Of a DNA stretch of 64,000 nucleotides, positions 12,553 through 25,008 are shown in pieces. How positions within the stretch are numbered: position 1 is the stretch's first letter; every line of letters starts with the position of its first letter. The stretch lies in assembly GCA_010093815.1 (NCBI GenBank), contig ML996577.1, one strand, 5' to 3'. Position numbers and translations under genes: made by a program. The notes beneath the pieces are model-generated. The model saw only the letters and a list, made by a program, of their open reading frames with translations. It searched no databases and was not told the origin of the DNA. The stretch is from Pseudovirgaria hyperparasitica (Eukaryota).

Positions 12553-12677
12553 TACTAGAGAGGGAGGACACAATAGTACTAGAGAGACAGAGGTCACAAC
12601 AGTGCGACAGAGACAGAGGACACAATAGTACTGAAGAGACCGAGGACACAATAGTACTGGAGAAACCGACGACACAA
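12553..12677 (+). repeat. 26-bp minisatellite, about 4.5 copies
   Basis: Units related to GAGGACACAATAGTACTAGAGAGACA start at 12564, 12590, 12616, 12642 and 12668. Confidence 0.9.
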
Positions 12678-12991
12678 GTTGAGTCTTCAGGGTTCCAAAG
12701 TGCTAGAATGAGGATGGGCGGGAGAGAGGTTAGAAAACGTTGTAATAGACAAGTCAGAAAAATTATTTAAATCAGACGGCTTGTGTGCTTCAAGGCTAAT
12801 GTGTCCTGATGCTATTCTTGTCCGAGTCTCGCCCAAACACTCCTGTGTAGTCGTCATTTCTGGTATCATTAAACTGGTATCAAACATTTACTCGCTCCGT
12901 GAACTTCCTGGAAAATATGCGCCTGCGCATATCTCTTTCACCCAGAACTCCCCCAGCCAGACCCCACCTCGTTCGTTCACAATACGCATAA

Positions 12992-14201
12992 TCATGTCAC
13001 CATAGCATCCCCATCACCTGCCCCATTCATCGATTCATCCTCGTCCCCATTTTCGGCATCTTCCGTATCGAGGCCCAACGGGATGCGTGAGGGAATCTCC
13101 TTCTTCTCTTCACGGGCAGTAGTTTCAGCCCATGCTCGGAGTTTTACTAGGTTCCTAATCCGCGCCTCCCGTCTTGCGCCATGAGACGCAAGTATGGCCT
13201 CGTTCACCATCGTAGCAACGTCCTGTCGCATGCCGGGTTCGAGAAGCCGATTGAGTTCCTCTGAGAGATCACCCTTCGGGAAAATCAGGAGCGCCATGGT
13301 CTGCTCAAGATCATCGAGGAACTCGCTCTTTGTGGGTGCTCGAGGGGCAAGCTCACTGGATGCAAACTCTATGGCAGGCATGATATCGGCGTTTGGTGTG
13401 GCCGTACATGTGCGAATCAGCCCGATAAGTTGTAGGCGGAGAAGTGCAAAGTGGAGGGCGGGATCTTTGTCCAGGATCTGGTGAGTCTCACATATTAGAC
13501 TGCTGGTAATGACATGTATACGAGGAAAGATAGTGATAGGTCATTGAGCTCATATTGAGAACTGAAGTATAGGTGTTGTATATCATCAAAGCCGAAGCTA
13601 TGAGTGGTGCATGAAAACAAATAATCATATCGAGAAGTGAAGAAAACGGTTGTATACACATACCTCAGTATTGAATTCGTTGATCTTCTTGATAGCCGAT
13701 TCTATATCACCATGATATATAGCATAGCGTATTTCAACGCGTGCCCGTAGTGAGTCTTCCTCGGTTGGTGGCTGAGTGTTGGCTTCTTGGATATTGGCCT
13801 CCTTGGCAAAATTTTCGGCTGCTGACGGGTAGCCTTCGTTGATTAGGTAGTCCAGGATAACATGGTTGATATCTCTACGACAAACCAGTCAGCTACTATG
13901 CGTCAGATACTGCTCAGCAAAGAATGAAGAGTTCAAGCAACAAGTGTTGGTCAGAGGTAAGTTTGTTCAAGTCTCCACATGGAATTTTCGGAGAGATTCC
14001 CAACTTTTGAGTACATCATATGAAATGCGAAGGGAAGAGAGATAGCGACAAAGTGGCACTTACGTCTTCGATGGCTTCACATTCTCAACCCGCGTCTCAA
14101 ATGGATGTCGAACATGGTCGCCGCCTGACACAGTTGAGGAGCTCTGAGCAGCGTTAACGAATTGCTGCTGACCACGCGAAGGCAAAACAAGAGTGTACCA
14201 T
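12992..14201 (-). CDS. GID8: GID/CTLH E3 ligase subunit Gid8/Twa1 (LisH-CTLH-CRA)
   Basis: Exons 14201-14199 (ATG only), 14143-14064, 13874-13664 and 13477-12992 stay in frame. LisH DINHVILDYLINEGYPSAAENFAKEA; ILDKDPALHFALLRLQLI; LEQTMALLIF. Confidence 0.88.
13541..13632 (-). ncRNA. Candidate intronic box C/D snoRNA with 18S rRNA guide (snR40/U32-like)
   Basis: In GID8 intron 3: C-like ATGATTA, guide CATGCACCAC (complement of conserved 18S GUGGUGCAUG), C'-like TGATGA, D-like ATGA. Confidence 0.6.
13947..14024 (-). ncRNA. Candidate intronic box C/D snoRNA with LSU rRNA guide
   Basis: In GID8 intron 2: C ATGATGT, guide TGGGAATCTC (complement of LSU GAGAUUCCCA), D' CCGA, C'-like ATGTGGA, D CTGA. 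Confidence 0.68.
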
Positions 14202-14642
14202 GGTGAAGGCGTAAGGTAGAGCCAGCTGCCTCACATTGGTGGAGCTTCAACGTTGCAAAAAGGAACCCAAGTTGTTATGGACGTGGGACGCGATGGTGAA
14301 AAATGGGATACGGACGTGTGTGGGCAGAAGCTGTAGCTGCGAAGGGACTTATGTATCGCCGAAGCCCGTCCGCTAATACCTAATTAGCCCTCGAGCTAAT
14401 CATCCGTGCTAGGACGTATGAGCATAAGTGTCTTGGCATCTCAATTCCATCCCCGTGCGTCTTTTATGGAACCACAAACGATGTTCGAGAATTTTACGGT
14501 AAGGATAATTACATAATGATCCTTTCGCTGCTCATTCATCTGAAGTATCAATCTCCTCTGTACATATAGAGATATCCTTGTAGTCATGATTTGATCTCTT
14601 ACTACGTTCATTCTATCATTCCTCCACTCGCATGTTTCCAGT

Positions 14643-16207
14643 ATGCCATCAGAGAAATACAGCCCACCATGGGAGAACACAAGCATTATAGGCGTAGCGG
14701 GCAGTTCAGGTTCTGGGAAAACATCTCTTGCATTAGCAATCAGAGAGGCATTGAATCTGCCATGGGTCATCATCATCTCCATGGTACACAACAGGGTCCA
14801 CATCCGATTCAGGAACAGCAAATAACTTTGGGCAGGATTCATTTTACAAGCCTTTGACGAAAGATCAATCGGTACTAGCATTCAAGAACGAATATGACTT
14901 TGACTCGCCGGAAGCCATAGATTTTGATATTTTGGTTGAGAAATTGCAGGATTTGAAGACTGGGTAGGTTGGATGCTTCACTAACTCCATTTGTTATCTT
15001 AACAAGATACAGGAAGAAGGCTGAGATGCCAATTTACTCCTTCGCGAAACATAATCGCGAGCCTGAGACGAACACGATATATTCTCCATCTGTACTGATT
15101 CTCGAAGGTATATTCGCCCTACACGACCAGCGGGTACTGGACATGCTGGACATGAAAGTTTTCGCAGAGGCTGACGCTGACCTCTGTCTTTCACGGCGTC
15201 GTAAGTCTTGAGCTGAAGATCTTCACTGAGTTAGTAAGTCCACACTACTGATAGTAGGACTAGTGGTCCGAGATGTAAAGGAACGTGGACGAGATATCGA
15301 AGGCTGTATCAAACAATGGTTCAAATGGGTCAAGCCCAACTTCTACAAATACGTGCAACCGCAGCGAGAAATTGCCGATCTAATCGTACCCCGAGGTATC
15401 GAGAATACGGTAGCAATAGGTATGGTTTTTCCCTCCTCAGCCTTGACGGTCTATCACACGTGACTCTCAATCTGACAACACGCAGGCATGATGACCGACC
15501 GCATCAACAAGATACTGCTCCAGAAATCTCGTGAGCACCAAGTCGAGCTGCGCAGGTTGGGTGTGGTGGCTCAGCTAACACCACTTTCGCCAAACGTCAT
15601 TGTTTTGCCAGATACGAACCAGATCCGTGCGATCAATACGCTATTACTAGATCCGAACACCGATGCAGAAGACTATATTTTTTACTTCGACCGGCTTTCG
15701 TCAATTCTCATCGAGCGTGCCGTCTCTCTCCAGCCGTACGACCCCATCACGATTCTCACGCCCCAAGGAAACAAATACTCCGGCCTGACAACGTCCGGTC
15801 ACGGCTCAGTATCAGCCGTCGCAATTCTCCGGGGTGGCAGCATTCTTGAGCCTGGTTTACGGCGGATTTTACCCGAATGTAAGACTGGGCGTCTTCTAAT
15901 CCAAACGAATCCTCGGACTGGCGAGCCAGAACTGCATTACCTACAACTTGCTCCTGACGTGGAGAAGCACTCACTGGTTATGTTACTTGATCCTCAAATG
16001 AGCTCAGGCGGGGCAGCACTGATGGCAGTGAGGGTGCTGGTAGATCATGGTGTGAGCGAGGATCGGATTGTGTTCGTAACATATATGGCGGGAAGGACGG
16101 GTCTCCAGAGAATGATGAGCGTCTTTCCGAATCTGAGGGTAGTCCTGTGCAGGGTTGTCGATGATATGGAGGTGAGGTGGGTGGAAAAACGGTACCTGGG
16201 ATGCTGA
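14643..16207 (+). CDS. URK1: Uridine kinase with C-terminal UPRTase-like domain
   Basis: P-loop IIGVAGSSGSGKTS, then MDSFYK, ILEGIFALHD and RDVKERGRDIEG. Introns 14784-14835, 14964-15012, 15201-15263 and 15420-15485 keep the frame. The start could lie further upstream. Confidence 0.92.
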
Positions 16208-18167
16208 GTCTTAAATTTGGCCGTGCAATGATGACATTAGGTCCTCTAGCTGAGGTTCACGTGCTTTGAGCCAAGTGTTTGCGGGCCGGGTGCTATTTTA
16301 GATGTCCAGACAGATACGCACAGTTCCAGATACTCACGTAATGGAGGATCAGACCGCATCTCCATGTGGCTGCATGAACCGACGTGAGAGGGTAAGCTTA
16401 GCATGGTATAGATTGAAAGGTCGGCCGGTCAGCATGTAGATGGGAATTGAATGTGCTCGAAGACTCAAAAGAGCCAGGAGAGGCCTCCAACTTAGTGTGC
16501 ACGACTTCATTACTATTTCACTCGAGGTGAGCAGTAGAATCGTCGCTAATTTCTGTATATGTGTGCTCATTCACGATGTGGAACACAGACAGCACAATTG
16601 CTGATTAAGATAAACAGCAGGCTCAAGGTCCTTTACAAGCTGTAGCATAGGACTATGTTCTGGTAATTGAACGAGGATTTAGATTGGTGGTATAGATCAG
16701 CTCTTCTCTGCTAGTCTAGTCATGGAGTGGAAGTTGTTGGTCTATTTTAATATAATATAGTACTGTGACGTGATATGCTGTGCAAGTCTGTCATACGAAA
16801 TGACGTATATTATCTTTAGATGCTTGGAGATGCAACGCCTTAATACGCCTATTTGATAACATTGGATCGTTGGCTTGTATATCTGGTTATCGCCATCCAA
16901 ATATATCGTCGCGCACAGCGTCTCTCACTGTATCTCTCAGGTCTACACTATAGAGCATACTCGTTGAGGACATAAATACTTTATTTGGATTACTCCATGA
17001 CCCATCTTGCCGTACCTTGTCACAAAACTAGCGACTAAATACTCCAGGTGGTACACGTGACACATTTGGCGCCTAAAGCAATCGCTGTCCCTTTACGTCT
17101 GTCTTGCTTTCGTAAAACACAAAATGTAAGCCTCACACATTCATAGTATTACATCCTAAGATTTGAACAGGTGTACTCCTCAAATATGGACCTTCATCAC
17201 AATCATCGACGATGTCCAGGTGCGCAGACAGGTTGAGATCGGATTGAACGATTGTGGTAGTACGACGTGTTCAACATCTCGTAATTATCAATTACCAACA
17301 AGCGGTTCATCCAGCGGCAGCTAGAACTGCAAGGTGTGGATTAAATAGCACATAAGCTACGACGCCAAGAAGCGCGGGAGACAGAGTCGCTTCCTCACAG
17401 CTATCTTGTGTTAAAAGTGTTTCCTATCAGAAGTGACATTGGTGAAAGTCTTTTATGAGTAATTCAGGACTTCTCTACCAACCAAGCTGAAAGCCTGTCG
17501 AAAGCACATTCATCATTTGGGGTGACGGAAATAGACCAGCCATTCTCTTCTGTCCACTCAGGCGTGCACGCTGAAAGCAGTTTCACCTTATAGGCTGGCA
17601 TGATCTGAAGTCAACAATGACAGGCAGTGTCTTGGAATTTTCTGCGCCTCATTATGATGTTCGACGGATTCAGATCATTATATGCGAGTCCAAGTGAATA
17701 TATGTAATTGACAGCCGAGGCAACACTGTCAATGCACATGTCTCTATCGAATGGTGCCACGACGCCTCGGGGTTTTTGTCCTGATCAGGGATAAGTTCCA
17801 GGCACTCGTTGGCTCTCTCAGTTGTCAGATTCCACTTCCCAAAGGTCTCTTGGCCGAAGTACGTAGATAGCTCCAAGGTTGTCAGTGACAGTTGCAGGGC
17901 CGAGGGCAATTGGCAGCGAGCTTGAGGAAGTGCACAATGGCATCGACAGTGAGTCCCATGGTGTGCCACAAGCGGGACCTGAAGAGGCTACAGAAGCGAT
18001 AATCAGCCTTAAAGAGCAATCAACAGATGAGGTAATGAAAGTCTATGGAATCGTGTCGATATGGAGGATTGAAAGCAATGAACCGCTCACACACAGCTAT
18101 CGGAAGAATATCGGCTTGTGGCACAATACTCTTATATTACATTACCCCCTCTTTTTAAAAGTTTATA

Positions 18168-18306
18168 TGTACTCAGATCTTAGTTAACTAATAATCTCAT
18201 AGTAGAATAAGATATAGAGATAGTTATAAATAAGATATAAATAGTATTTATATTACTAGTACTATTAAAGTATATACATATCATACACTATACTCTAATT
18301 GGTACA
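18168..18306. mobile_element. Possible RIP-mutated solo LTR
   Basis: TA-rich 139-bp island bounded by TGTAC...GTACA, flanked by TATA and TATG. Confidence 0.35.
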
Positions 18307-19425
18307 TATGCTAATAAGTAATGAAGACTAAGCATTAACATGGAAGACTGGCGCCAAAAAAAATGACAGGCGGATGGTGGAGTTATTTCCTGGGGTACAG
18401 CTCTAGCGTGCCAAAACATGAGGTGTGTGCAGTGTTCTCGTCCTTGGCCCCGGAGCTTGCTCCACACAACCTTCAACCCCGCAAACCCATGGTCGACGCT
18501 ACACGACGCCCTAGTTATCCCTCATTCTCAACCTGTTTGTGCAGACATGGACAAATGTCGACGAGGCCAATCGGGCACACGGAGCGGATGCAGAATTGTG
18601 GAACCAGTCGAGGATTTCCTTGGAATGCCCAGTCACTCAACTGGGCTTGACCAGAGTCTCGACACCAGTACAGTGGATCATACGCGTGGTGTGGAGATAG
18701 TTTGCTCCTGGTTTCCGAGGGCTGAGCTGAGGGGTAGAAGTCGACTGAAGGCAACTGCACGGCACGTTGGTCGAGCCACTGGGGTGTGGCGGTCGTCTGT
18801 CGAACCGGAACGAACTTGGGAGGTGATTGAAGGAAAAAAGAAGGGAAGAGTTAGAAAATATGGTCAGCTCTTCCACATGCTTTCTAGTGACTTGACCATT
18901 TGAGTACTAATATTGACCACCACGGTGCTGAAGCTGATCTATAAGAGAGAGCGAAAGGACCAGAGCCAGCCTTTCCACCTTCTCGCACACATGGATGACG
19001 GACCGTTGGTGAGAGACAAGCTGCATCTTCAGCATCAGGTGAGAATGGAAAGGCTGCTCGACCTTCACAAGCTACTCCTTCAAGCCAACCTGCCCCTGCA
19101 CGCCTCCAACCTCTTTGCTAGCGTTCCTTGCTTCCAGTCGGCCGCCTCATCCAACAGCTGAGCATGATGATGCGACTTCATAATGTCCATTCTCCGCAGG
19201 TCCGGCGAGGTCTAGAACTCGTATGCCTCTGTCATCTCTGAGTGGTCACACAAAGATGACACCGGCCCAAGACAAGTCGCCGCGATACGTCGATCCCTGC
19301 AACAGCGCGATGTATCGTCACTACATCGACATGCCCAGAAGATGGGCGGGAGGGGTAATTGAGCTACGTAGACGCCGAAGTTGTGTCTGATCGACCCTCA
19401 GCGCCGTTGTTAACATCAATTGATC

Positions 19426-19433
19426 TATATAAG
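19426..19433 (+). promoter_or_regulatory. TATA box of the alcohol dehydrogenase gene
   Basis: TATATAAG about 125 nt upstream of ATG 19554. Confidence 0.55.
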
Positions 19434-19553
19434 GACGTACCTACCCTCCCAACCACTGTTATTGTTGTATCATTCTCCCTTCAAACTTGAGATCCTACCA
19501 ATTTAGACCAATTGCAAGACATAAAGAGAATCTACGTACGATAAATTTCCAAC

Positions 19554-20661
19554 ATGGCACAAGTCCCCAAGCGACAGATGGCGCAGATCATCTATAACGT
19601 TGGAGGTCCGGTCAAGTACGAGGAGATCGATGTTCAGGAGCCTGCCGCCGATGAAGTCCTTGTGAACATCAAATTCTCTGGTGTATGTCACACGGATCTG
19701 CACGCTGTGAATGGCGACTGGCCTCTTCCTACCAAGCTACCATTGGTCGGTGGCCATGAGGGTGCTGGTGTAGTCGTAGCTCGCGGTGAGCTCGTCAAAG
19801 ATGTAGAAATCGGTGATCACGTCGGTGTAAAGGTTAGCTCCACATTATTTCGTCATGTATAGTATCACTAACCGGCTCATGTAGTGGATCAATGGTTCTT
19901 GTCTGTCTTGCGATTTCTGCCAGCGCTCGGACGAGCCTCTCTGCTCCAAGGCCCTTCTATCAGGTTACACAGTGGACGGATCCTTCCAGCAATACTGTAT
20001 TGCCAAAGCCGCTCATGTGGCTCGTCTTCACAAGGACATACCACTTGACGCAGTTTCCCCTGTTCTCTGCGCTGGTATCACTGTCTACAAGGGCTTGAAG
20101 GAGTCTGGTGCCCGTCCGGGCCAGACTGTCGCCATCGTCGGTGCTGGCGGTGGTCTCGGCTCCTTGGCTCAGCAATACGCCAGGGCTATGGGTCTGAAGA
20201 CTATTGCTATTGACACTGGTGATGCCAAAGCAGCCATGTGCAAAGAGCTTGGATCCTACGCCTTTGTCGATTTTGCTAAGAGCAAAGATGTGGTCAAAGA
20301 TGTCCAGGCCGCCACACCAGATGGTCTAGGCCCTCATGCTGTCATTCTCGTTGCTGTTAATGAGAAGCCATTCCAACAAGCTGCCGAGTATGTTCGTCCA
20401 CGAGGAACTGTCGTCTGCATTGGTCTTCCAGCAGGTGCATACCTCCGCGCTCCTGTCTTCGACTCTGTCATCAGGATGATCACCATCAAGGGTTCATACG
20501 TCGGTAATCGTCATGACACTTCTGAGGCTCTTGAGTTTTACCGCCAGGGCTTGATTAAAGCTCCCTATAAGGTTGTTGGTCTCAGTGAGCTCCAAATGGT
20601 GTACGACAAAATGGTTGCGGGTGATATCGCTGGCCGATACGTTCTCGACACCAGCAGATAA
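19554..20661 (+). CDS. ADH1: Zinc-dependent alcohol dehydrogenase (ADH1-type)
   Basis: [23 protein letters not shown]...C and GAGGGLG motifs; intron 19833-19884. Confidence 0.95.
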
Positions 20662-20877
20662 GAGGGAATGACCATGAGTGCAGCTTTGTATGCGAATGGG
20701 TTCTTATAGTCGAGTCAGCATGCCACTATAGGAAACAATGAAAATGCAGGGACTGTATTAAGATCGGTCGCAACTGTAAATAGTTTTCACGCCGTATGCT
20801 AATATTTTCTTGTCGTACACTCTTTCTCGAACAAAGTTGTGTGAGAATGCTAATAATACAGCTATTCAAGAATGGAC

Positions 20878-21612
20878 TCATTCAGAGACGATGCTCTTGG
20901 GCTTTTTCGTCCCATACTTCGATCTCGACGTGACACGATTACCTACACCACCCTACACAAGATTAGCACCCGCAATAGAGTATCCTACCTGACATGTACA
21001 TACCAAGTCTAGCGCTCCTCTGACAACATGATATTTCACACCAGGGCAATCTTGCGACCGCCCTCCTCTAATCATCACCACAGAATGCTGCTGCAAATTA
21101 TGTCCTATAATTTCTGTTAGTATTTTATGTTTTCCATGCATTATTCCTCCATGACCACCCCTTCTCCCACCTCACAATGAACACTAACCTTCCCCTGGAA
21201 TATACGCCATAACAACCTCGCCACTACTCAACCTCACTCTTGCAAACTTGCGCTCTCCTGAATTAGGCTTCTTCGGCGTAATGACACCGACACGTACACA
21301 CACTCCTTTCATCTCACAGCGGCCGCGCACAGCAGGTGATTCGGCGCGTCGTTTAGGTTGGGGCTTGCGGCATCCGCGGAGGACTTGCATGAGGGTTGCG
21401 CGAGGGATTGGGGTGGAGGAAAACGGGCGGCGGGAGGGCACAGTTCGTGAGGTACATAGTCGGGGTATCGACGAGGGTCGTATAATTTGTGGATTGAGTG
21501 CTATTTTCGGATTGAGCGTGAGCCGCTCGAGGCGACGCAGGCATTGGAGCGACATCATAATGCGAGTAAGCAATTGCAATTGGCGATGGACTTTCGGAAG
21601 TGAGGTCTTCAT
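20878..21612 (-). CDS. MRPS12: Mitochondrial ribosomal protein S12 (uS12m)
   Basis: [56 protein letters not shown] and RSKYGTKKP. Introns 21188-21105 and 21003-20953. Start is 21612 or 21558; Arg/Ser-rich presequence. Confidence 0.93.
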
Positions 21613-21862
21613 TCCATGATACTTCGCGCGGGAAATCTTCGGCGGTATAGCCGTTCAAGTGCAAGGGTGGTGGGGGTCTGGGACCTATCCATTTTATATG
21701 CTTGGGGACATGACTCCTAAGCTACGGAACGTTTGAAAAGCAATACAGGTATGTACCAGTAGGTTCATGCTCATGCTAGATCATTCACTGACTGCAGTAA
21801 GTCAAGGCTGCTCCGCTTCGACCTTTGGAGCTTCACGTTTCTCTACCTCAATTCAACCCTGA

Positions 21863-21994
21863 TGTGGGATTCCTATTAGGTAATCCCCGTTACTCAGATC
21901 TTATTCAGCGTTAGGCTAGTATATATAGCACTTAGATAGACTTAGTAGACACGTTAATTAATTTTACCACGTCTAATTTACTAAAGTTCCTATA
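21863..21994 (+). repeat. 5' LTR (132 bp), followed by PBS-like T[A/G]GTAGC at 21997-22003
   Basis: Begins TGTGGGA; 122/132 identical to 36111-36242. Confidence 0.93.
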
Positions 21995-24900
21995 TCTAGT
22001 AGCTAAAATCTAGTTTTTATCCTCCTAGGGAGGCTATCGCTTTAGCGATACCTTCTAAGGGGTAGTTATCTTACCCCTTATATAAGGGAACTCGTTAAAA
22101 ATATTTAACGCTTATAATAAACTATATAACTTACTAGATAATAATAAGAACGAACCTAGAGTCTAATACGAAAACCCTTCTCTAAAGCGATATATCCTAA
22201 TTTTAGAGATAGAAATTACGGTAATAAAGCTTAACGACTAAATTTAATAGTCCTAGTAGATAGTAATATATTATAAAATAAGCTAAAAGAGTCATATAAG
22301 AAAAATATATATTAACTCCCTCTATATCTATAATAGATATTCTAGCTACTTATTAATATAAATTAACGCTATAATTCTAACTCGGAAGATAATTATTACC
22401 CTAGGAAACGCCTTCCTTACCTAAGCTATATTAAGATATCTTCCTTATAGAACCCTAATTATAATAGCGACGTCCCTATAGAAGAAGCTAATACTCCCTA
22501 AAATATAGAACGCGCCCGTAATAAGCCGTTAAATACTATTAACGCGCTTACCGCGCTCCTTAATACTAACCCGGCTATAAGAAACCTTACTAGAGACGCT
22601 CGTACGTTAGTACTAATTAATATATATACTAATTAACTCGAGTTATAAATAAGGAATAACTATATTACTCGAGAAGAACTAGTAAGAGACTTTAATAACC
22701 TCCTTCTTAATAACCCTAACTAGGCGAGCCTAGCTATACTAGTAAGAAGAGGCCGTATTCTACTCCGAGTACCTAATATATACTTAGGAGAAACTAGAGA
22801 TAATACCTACGAGGAATAGTACTTATTAATCTAGAAATAGATTTATACTATAGAATTAATAGAGCGCTAGTAGGAAGCTATACCTAAGTTCGAGAAACTA
22901 TAAATCTATAGAATATATATATTAAAGTATATCTATACCCTTTAGCGTAGTCTTATAGAAGCCTATAGACGTAATAACCTAGATAGTCCTTAAATACTAG
23001 ATAGCTTTCTAGACGTTATACGTTAAACGTATATCTCTACTAATTACTCTAAATAGCGTAGAAAGGAATAGGAGAACCTTACTTAATATTATTTTAGATC
23101 TACCTCGAAGCTTATTAACGCTATTATTAAAAAGGTATAACTTCTATAATCTATACCTTCTAAATATAAGATATAGCGTAGAATTCTAGGCGCCCTTAAG
23201 TCTAAGGTTTAATATAAGATTAAAAAGTAGCTCTTTCCTCCTATAGAATTAGAAGAGTAGTATCTATAGGTAAAGAGGCTAGAGAAAGCCTTATATATCT
23301 ACTCTAGAAACGAATACTATAGGCGGGAGGCTACTTATTATATTAATACTATATATTACTAAGACGAAGAGAAGAAACTAGAAGAATTTAAACCTTCTAA
23401 GGACTTATATATACACGAAGATAAATTAGGTAACTACTCTAGAGATAAGGGTAAGCTCTACGTATTTATAAAGCGTTAATAGAGTAACTAAGGCCGCGGT
23501 AGAGGCTAGAACTAAGGCTAAGGCCGTGGTAAATACTAAGGAGGCTTATTAAGAGCTCTTAACGAAACCTAAGAATGCTTTAACTATAAGAAGTTAGAAT
23601 ATATCTTAAGATTCTACCCTAAAAATCCGACTCTAGATAAGCTAGTCTATATTACTATTAAGGATAATACGTTAAGCGTCTTTAACGAAGAGGCCCTAAA
23701 AGCTAGTCGCCCGTAGTAGATATAGAAGATACTATAAGCGACTATAAGAGCTTCTATACTAATAATACTAATAAAAATAAGATAAATATATAGGACTATA
23801 AATATATTAACGCGCTTTATAAATCGCTAGAGAGTACCTACTATTATTAAGAGGAGTTAACGGACGTTATTAACGATCGTCTCTATTAACTAAACTCTAT
23901 TAGTAGATAGTTACTAGAACTTAAGGCTTACGTAGGGAAAGTCCACCCCTAGAGAGTTTTAGTCCTTATTAACTATAGGGCTAATAGAATATATACGTTA
24001 ACGAAGGTTACTAGACGTCTAAAGCTAGTACCGTAATCTACCCCTATAATACGTGTTAAGCTTCCGTTAGGAGCTCTAATAATAAGTTAAGAAGTTATAA
24101 AAATCCCTCTTTATATAGAAAGCTTTACTTACGAAGTCTCCGCGAGAGTACTTAACCTTAAGGGCTATAATCTAATTCTAGGTTATAAATAGCTTTATAA
24201 ATAGAATCCCGATATATTATAGAGATTCTATTCCCTAGTAATTAGAAGGCTAGTAGCTCGAGGAAGGACTAAGGAGTATCTCCTTAAGAGGATTCCCGTG
24301 TTAATTAATATTAACTTATAAGGAGAATAAGTACTAAATATCCTTACCGCTAGCTAAGCACGGAAATAATATCTAAACGGCTATAAGTAAGGTATAATAT
24401 AGTTTATTAGAAAAGATAACCCTCCTATACTATAGGCACCCGATCTAATACTATAAACGGTTTTAATAGAGTACTAGGACATCTTTAAAGAGAAGCTATC
24501 TAAAGGACTACTACCTTCGAGATAATAGGACTATAAGATAGATATAGGAGACGGCTGACCCGTTAATAACGCCGTCTACTACCTCTCCCTAGAATAAATC
24601 GCTAAATAGTAGAAGTAGATATAGAAGCTTATCGAGCGAGGGCTTATCTAAGAATTAGAAAGTGCCTAGGGTAGCCTAGTACTTTTCGTACCTAAACCCG
24701 GAGGTAAATAGCGAATATATATTAATTATTAAGTACTTAATATACTTACATATAAGGATACGACCCCTCTTCCGTGTATAGATAAATATCTACGTGCCTT
24801 CGGCTAGTTAATAGTATTTAGTAAGATAGACTTAACCTTAGGGTTTTAGTAAGTACGAGTAGCCGACGAAGACGTCTCTAAGACTACCTTTAATATAATT

Positions 24901-25008
24901 TATAGTAAATATAAGTTTAAGATAATACCGTTTAGTCTATTAAACGCACCTACTACATTCTAAAAGATAATAAATCGAGTCCTTTAACCCCTACTATATA
25001 AATCCGTG

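Noticed and set aside
12553..12677. CRISPR-like periodic repeat
   Set aside because: Contiguous units without unique spacers, eukaryotic context and no cas genes.
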